A model generated the notes under the pieces. The model saw only the letters and a program-made list of their open reading frames with translations. It made no database searches and was not told the origin of the DNA. From the NCBI GenBank assembly GCA_963674965.2, contig CAXXFL010000007.1:480001-544000 (forward strand): 64,000 bases of DNA, in the 5' to 3' direction. Source of the stretch: a bacterium (GTDB taxonomy: Bacteria > RBG-13-61-14 > DATKZS01). Shown here piece by piece: positions 59,815 to 64,000 of the stretch. Each line of letters opens with the position of its first letter. The stretch's first letter is position 1. A program made the position numbers and the translations under genes.

Positions 59815-60645
59815 ATGACGAAGAAGCTGTATAACTTGATTGTTTTATGTTCGTTCTCGCTCGTCCTCGCCCTGGGCGGATGCACGGCCAACATGTCGGA
59901 CAAGGGTGAGGATCACGGCTCGGACGGACAGTCACGCGCGGCGACCGATACGGCGCATGGGTCTCCCCGCGGCGCGGCGGCGGCCACTCACGAAGAAAGC
60001 CCCGCGACGCCCGCCGCGACGCCGGGACATGAGAAACCCGCGAGCGAGCCGGCCGCAGAGAAACCGGGCGAGGCCAAACCAGCCGAGGCGGCGGCTATGA
60101 AAACCTACACCAAGGAGGAGAAACAGGCGATGATGAAGGAATGGGACGAAAAGGTAAAGGCCATGTCGGTGGAGGACATGGAGAAGGTCACGGCGGTCAT
60201 CGAGACCAATCAGGGGACCATCAAGATCGAGTTTTTCCCCGACAAGGCCCCGGGCCACGTCAGGAACTTCATCAAGCTGGCCCAGTCCCATTTTTACGAC
60301 GGTCTTATCTTCCACCGCGTGATAAAGGGTTTCATGATCCAGGGCGGATGCCCCGACGGCACGGGCACGGGCGGCCCGGGCTATAACATCGACGCCGAGT
60401 TCAACGACGTGAAGCACGTGGAGGGCGTGCTTTCCATGGCCCGCTCGAGCAACCCCAACTCGGCCGGCAGCCAGTTCTTCATCTGCCTGGGGTCCCATCC
60501 CCATCTCGATCACAACTACACGGCCTTCGGCAAGGTCATCGAGGGCATGGACGTGGTAAGGAAGATCGGCACAACCCCCACCGGCCGAGGCGACCGCCCC
60601 GTCGAGGAGCAGGTGATGGAAAAGGTTTACATCGAGGGACTCTGA
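59815..60645 (+). CDS. Cyclophilin-type peptidyl-prolyl isomerase, lipoprotein
   Basis: LGGC lipobox; FHRVIKGFMIQGG, SAGSQFFI and YTAFGKV motifs. Confidence 0.95.
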   Translation: MTKKLYNLIVLCSFSLVLALGGCTANMSDKGEDHGSDGQSRAATDTAHGSPRGAAAATHEESPATPAATPGHEKPASEPAAEKPGEAKPAEAAAMKTYTKEEKQAMMKEWDEKVKAMSVEDMEKVTAVIETNQGTIKIEFFPDKAPGHVRNFIKLAQSHFYDGLIFHRVIKGFMIQGGCPDGTGTGGPGYNIDAEFNDVKHVEGVLSMARSSNPNSAGSQFFICLGSHPHLDHNYTAFGKVIEGMDVVRKIGTTPTGRGDRPVEEQVMEKVYIEGL

Positions 60646-60671
60646 GTCCGAACCGAACTCGAAGGACAATT

Positions 60672-60711
60672 ATCCCCCGGGTCGGTGTGACGGCCCGGGG
60701 GATTTTTTTTT
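60672..60711 (+). terminator. Intrinsic terminator
   Basis: ATCCCCCGGGTCG/CGGCCCGGGGGAT stem followed by a T-run. Confidence 0.85.
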
Positions 60712-60731
60712 GGGGAAGTGATAATAACATC

Positions 60732-60760
60732 TTTACATCGTATACAATTTGGTGTATAGT
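60732..60760 (+). promoter_or_regulatory. Sigma-70 promoter
   Basis: TTTACA-17 nt-TATAGT, ending 10 nt before ATG 60771. Confidence 0.55.
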
Positions 60761-61328
60761 TATTTAAGATATGACGATGAAAGATGACTATTGGACTGAG
60801 GAACGTTTACAGCTTAAAGCCTGGTTTGAAAGGAACGCTCCTTCCCTGGGGGAATTGTACGAAGGGTCCCTAAGGATGATGTTTGATACAACTTTTCCAG
60901 GAAGATCGACGCTAATTTCTCACGCCGTTCGTGAAATAAGGAACAGATTGCCCGATGTAGTTTCTGGTGAAAGAGGTAAGCCGACTTTTCAATATAAGAA
61001 TCGACTTAATAAATTATTAAAACAATGGAGAATGAATGGATTCCTATTAGATGACTCATTGCCGGAAAGCTTCACCTCACAAGGCTCCAACCTAACAAAT
61101 AATATTCCAATTCCAAGATGTCTTTTTATAGAAATTTCTACTATGCTAAAAGATTATGATGACATCAAGGGGTCAAAAAAGGAAGCAGCGATGCGCCTTT
61201 ATAGGTCGCTTTCACCAGACGAAGTCAATAGTCGTAAATTTCTTGATCAAGTTGTTAATATGTGGTTGAATATAACCAGTAGGTTTGAAGGCAAAGCGCA
61301 TGACTCACTGACCCCCGATAATAAAGTT

Positions 61329-62677
61329 GGCTCCTCACGCAAATCTGTGGGTGGATTCCGGCATGGGCATTTGACCCAGGCAATGTAATTGTATCAGGGT
61401 GAACCATTTTTCGCTCCTGTAACCTCTGGCTCGGTGACTGATGGCCTTGGCGTTGTTGTTCATTGCCTCCACCGCCCCATTATCGATCGGAACGTTGAAC
61501 CAATTAAGGACGTCTTCCTCATGACGGCGAAGAAGCCAGGCAAAATCACGCATCGGTTCCAGGCGAGAGTGGGTCGCCCACCAGAACCACTTGTTCAAAT
61601 AACGCTTGGCCCAACCCTTGCTCTGATAGGACCACAATTCACGGAAGCTCTCCTTGAGAAGGTAAGCGCGGTTGATCTTAAGGTTCATGCTCTCCAGGTA
61701 ACCAAGCCGCTGTTTCTGTTTGGGCGTCAGGTTCCAGGGGTTTTTGAGCCAGATGTATTTCGTGCCCTTCAAAAGCTCCGGGTCCTTTTCCTTGAGCTTC
61801 TCGGCTTCCTTTTTTCTCACCTTGTCCACGGCGTCGTTCAAGTGGCGGACAAGGTGGAATTTGTCAAAAACAAGGACCGCCTTGGGCGCCTTCTCCTTGA
61901 TGACGTCCACGTAAGGCGCCCACATGTCGCAACAGACGCCCTGGATGGCGGCAACCCCCTCCTCGCCAAGTTCATCGAAAAAACGTTCCAGCGTCTCTTT
62001 CTTGCGCCCCTCTCCGGACCACAAAAGACGCCGCCTCTTGCCGATCTCGTAAACCTGGGTGTGATAGACGTGGCCTTTTTTGCGAGAGACCTCGTCGATC
62101 CCGATGTAAAGCACGCCGGAAACGTCGCGGTGTTCGAGGCCGTAAGCCACCGCGTGCTTGACCGCCGCCCCCACCGTGGACCAACTCAAGCCGAAAAGGT
62201 CGGCCACGACGCCGACGGCCAGGAGCCTGGCCCAGGCGGCGAGCACGATGATCAGCGGCAGGGAGAGCCGACTTTTGCCCATTCCCCACGGGACCTGCTC
62301 GACCTTGACGCCGCAATTTGGGCAGTTCACCCGGCGCGGGCTGTAAACGATGGTCACGGGGATGCCCCACAACGGAACATGACGCCAGGTCCTCTCGGCA
62401 AGCGTGTCGTAAACCCAAGATCGAGAGCCGCAACAAGAGCAGGTGAGCTTCCGAAGCTTCTTGCGATCCATAAGAACCGTAAGCCCCGCCGCGTCTCCGC
62501 TGACGCTCTTAACCTTGTGATCCTTGACGCCAAGCGTTTCTCGTACAAGACTCTCTACAAGCACGGTCGACTCCTTCAGGCTTCAGGATTGTTTTCGCAT
62601 AACCCTATTAGCCTGAAACGACCGTGCTTTTCAACTAAACTATGTCAAAGAACACCCACAGATTCTTGGGAAGACCC
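61329..62677 (-). mobile_element. ISL3 family insertion sequence
   Basis: 8-bp TSD ATAAAGTT (61321 and 62678); IRs GGCTCCTCACGCAAATCTGTGGGTG / CACCCACAGATTCTTGGGAAGACCC. Confidence 0.93.
61335..62564 (-). CDS. ISL3 transposase
   Basis: Zn ribbon, IGIDE, CCDMW, FDKFHLV and NGAVEAMNN motifs. Confidence 0.95.
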   Translation of the reverse strand: MLVESLVRETLGVKDHKVKSVSGDAAGLTVLMDRKKLRKLTCSCCGSRSWVYDTLAERTWRHVPLWGIPVTIVYSPRRVNCPNCGVKVEQVPWGMGKSRLSLPLIIVLAAWARLLAVGVVADLFGLSWSTVGAAVKHAVAYGLEHRDVSGVLYIGIDEVSRKKGHVYHTQVYEIGKRRRLLWSGEGRKKETLERFFDELGEEGVAAIQGVCCDMWAPYVDVIKEKAPKAVLVFDKFHLVRHLNDAVDKVRKKEAEKLKEKDPELLKGTKYIWLKNPWNLTPKQKQRLGYLESMNLKINRAYLLKESFRELWSYQSKGWAKRYLNKWFWWATHSRLEPMRDFAWLLRRHEEDVLNWFNVPIDNGAVEAMNNNAKAISHRARGYRSEKWFTLIQLHCLGQMPMPESTHRFA

Positions 62678-62776
62678 ATAAAGTTATTACTGATGATTTC
62701 ATCAATGACTTTTACCTTTTTGAAATATATTTAATTGCTCTAATTGGAACCTTTTATCAATGTATGGATGAATTAG

Positions 62777-64000
62777 ATGAAATCCTGGAAGAAACCAACT
62801 CCTAATCAAGTACAACAGGCGATAGCTTTATTGGCACGTCCGAACACTACCGTTATTTTTTTGACAGATTGGATAATCCCGAATGGATAGAGCCTTTATA
62901 CAAGAAAAAATATTTCAGTAATCCTCCTGAACCAGATCATGATGCAGATAAAGGTTCAATTGCCTTTCCACCTTGGCCGGAATCACGTTATATATTCAGA
63001 ATGGCCCCACTCAAGCCTGAAGTAATTTGCAGGATAATTATTAAGATACCAGAAACAGATAACGTAAGAGTTTATGAAGATTTGGTTGATGCTATTTATA
63101 GCATGCCTATTGATATTGCTGTTACTTTAGAAAGAAAGCTCAAGGAATACGCTCAGGCTAAGTATATCTATGCCTCCTCATTACTACCGAAAAAGCTAGG
63201 GAATATAATTTCTAAATTTTCTAAAGGGGGCCATACAAAAGAGGCAATTAATTTAGCTAAAATTATATTGCCAGTATTGCGCGATCAAACAGAGCATCAC
63301 GATAATCTCAATTACAACAAGCCTCAACCCAGGCTTAAGATTCAATTATGGCAATATCAAGAGATACTAGGGGAAAACATCCCTGATCTTGTAGATTTCG
63401 CTGGATTTGAAGCATTTAACCTCTTATGCAATTTTCTTAATAACGCGATACTCTTTTCTATGCGGGATAATACATACAAAGGAGCCGATGACCATTCCTA
63501 TATATGGAGGCCCGCAATTGAGGAACATGAACAGAACCGGTATGAAGATATACAAGGAGTACTTGTTACAGCCATCAGGGAAGCGGCGGAACAGATAGCC
63601 AGAAAAGACCTTAACTCAATAGAAGATTTGATTTCAAACCTGGAACAAAAAAGATGGGTGGTTTTCAGGAGAATTTCTCTTCATTTATTGCGCGTGTTTT
63701 CCGATCAGGTCCCAGGATTGGTGTCTGAACAGCTAATTGATAATAACCTGTTTAATGACGTAAATTGCAGGCATGAATATGCCCGCCTTCTTGGTGAGTG
63801 CTTTTCAAAGCTCGATCAGGAGCATCAGAGAATTATTTTAAATTGGGTTGAAGATGGTCCAGATCTCAACCTCTACAAAGAAATCAGGGAGCAAAGGGAT
63901 GGCAATTTTCCTACTTCTCAAGAATTAAACCATTATAAAAAACTATGGCAAAGAAGCCGCCTTGCTTGGTTTGAGGATAGTCTGCCTGAAAAATGGAAAA
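62777..64000 (+). pseudogene. Large helical protein, frameshifted near 62840 and running off the window (absent from the ORF track)
   Basis: MKSWKKPTPNQV.. then a shifted frame EHYRYFFDRLDNPEWI..WPESRY..SYIWRPAIEEHEQN that stays open to 64000. Confidence 0.7.

Larger units (their letters stand above)
60771..62805 (+). pseudogene. Putative HEPN-like defence effector interrupted by ISL3
   Basis: Removing the IS and one TSD copy restores ...TPDNKV-ITDDFIND...ELDEILEETNS*; RFEGKAH is Rx5H-like; AT-rich. Confidence 0.65.

Noticed and set aside
61329-61388. C-terminus GSSRKSV... of ORF 60771-61388
   Set aside because: It is read-through into the ISL3 end; the true tail lies at 62686-62805.
425-62681. 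Long antisense or overlapping ORFs (for example 14075-15004, 23831-24928, 31741-32976, 44290-45438, 61389-62681)
   Set aside because: They are shadows of well-supported genes in GC-rich DNA and carry no motifs of their own.

Overview
This window is GC-rich bacterial DNA whose gene content (Na+-pumping decarboxylase, corrinoid methyltransferase, sigma-54 signalling, rubrerythrin/desulfoferrodoxin/FprA) suggests an anaerobe, probably deltaproteobacterial-like (inference). It has four zones. (1) 1-29.3 kb holds metabolic and signalling genes, a 325-bp MITE-like element and an apparently catalytically dead Y1/RAYT-like gene. (2) About 29.4-39.5 kb is a mosaic accessory island. Four AT-rich, membrane-anchored orphan genes (two are paralogues), RHS-like stubs and broken copies of a RAYT (HUH Y1) transposase are joined at a recurring GGGGACA...ACTTAA motif that often stutters at the junction. 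The island also carries an IS3-type element and an IS110/IS1111 element inserted in a REP-like hairpin. The IS1111 non-coding end contains target- and donor-matching guide loops (candidate bridge/seek RNA) and is itself interrupted by an ISNCY/IS5-like element. (3) 40.5-59.4 kb is a 24-gene co-directional oxidative/nitrosative-stress cluster headed by a PerR/Fur regulator, including cytochrome bd and an octaheme HAO-like cytochrome. (4) 59.8-64 kb holds a cyclophilin and an AT-rich two-gene putative defence module, disrupted by an ISL3 insertion and a frameshift. No rRNA, tRNA or CRISPR array was recognised. All calls come from motif recognition by eye; no searches were run.
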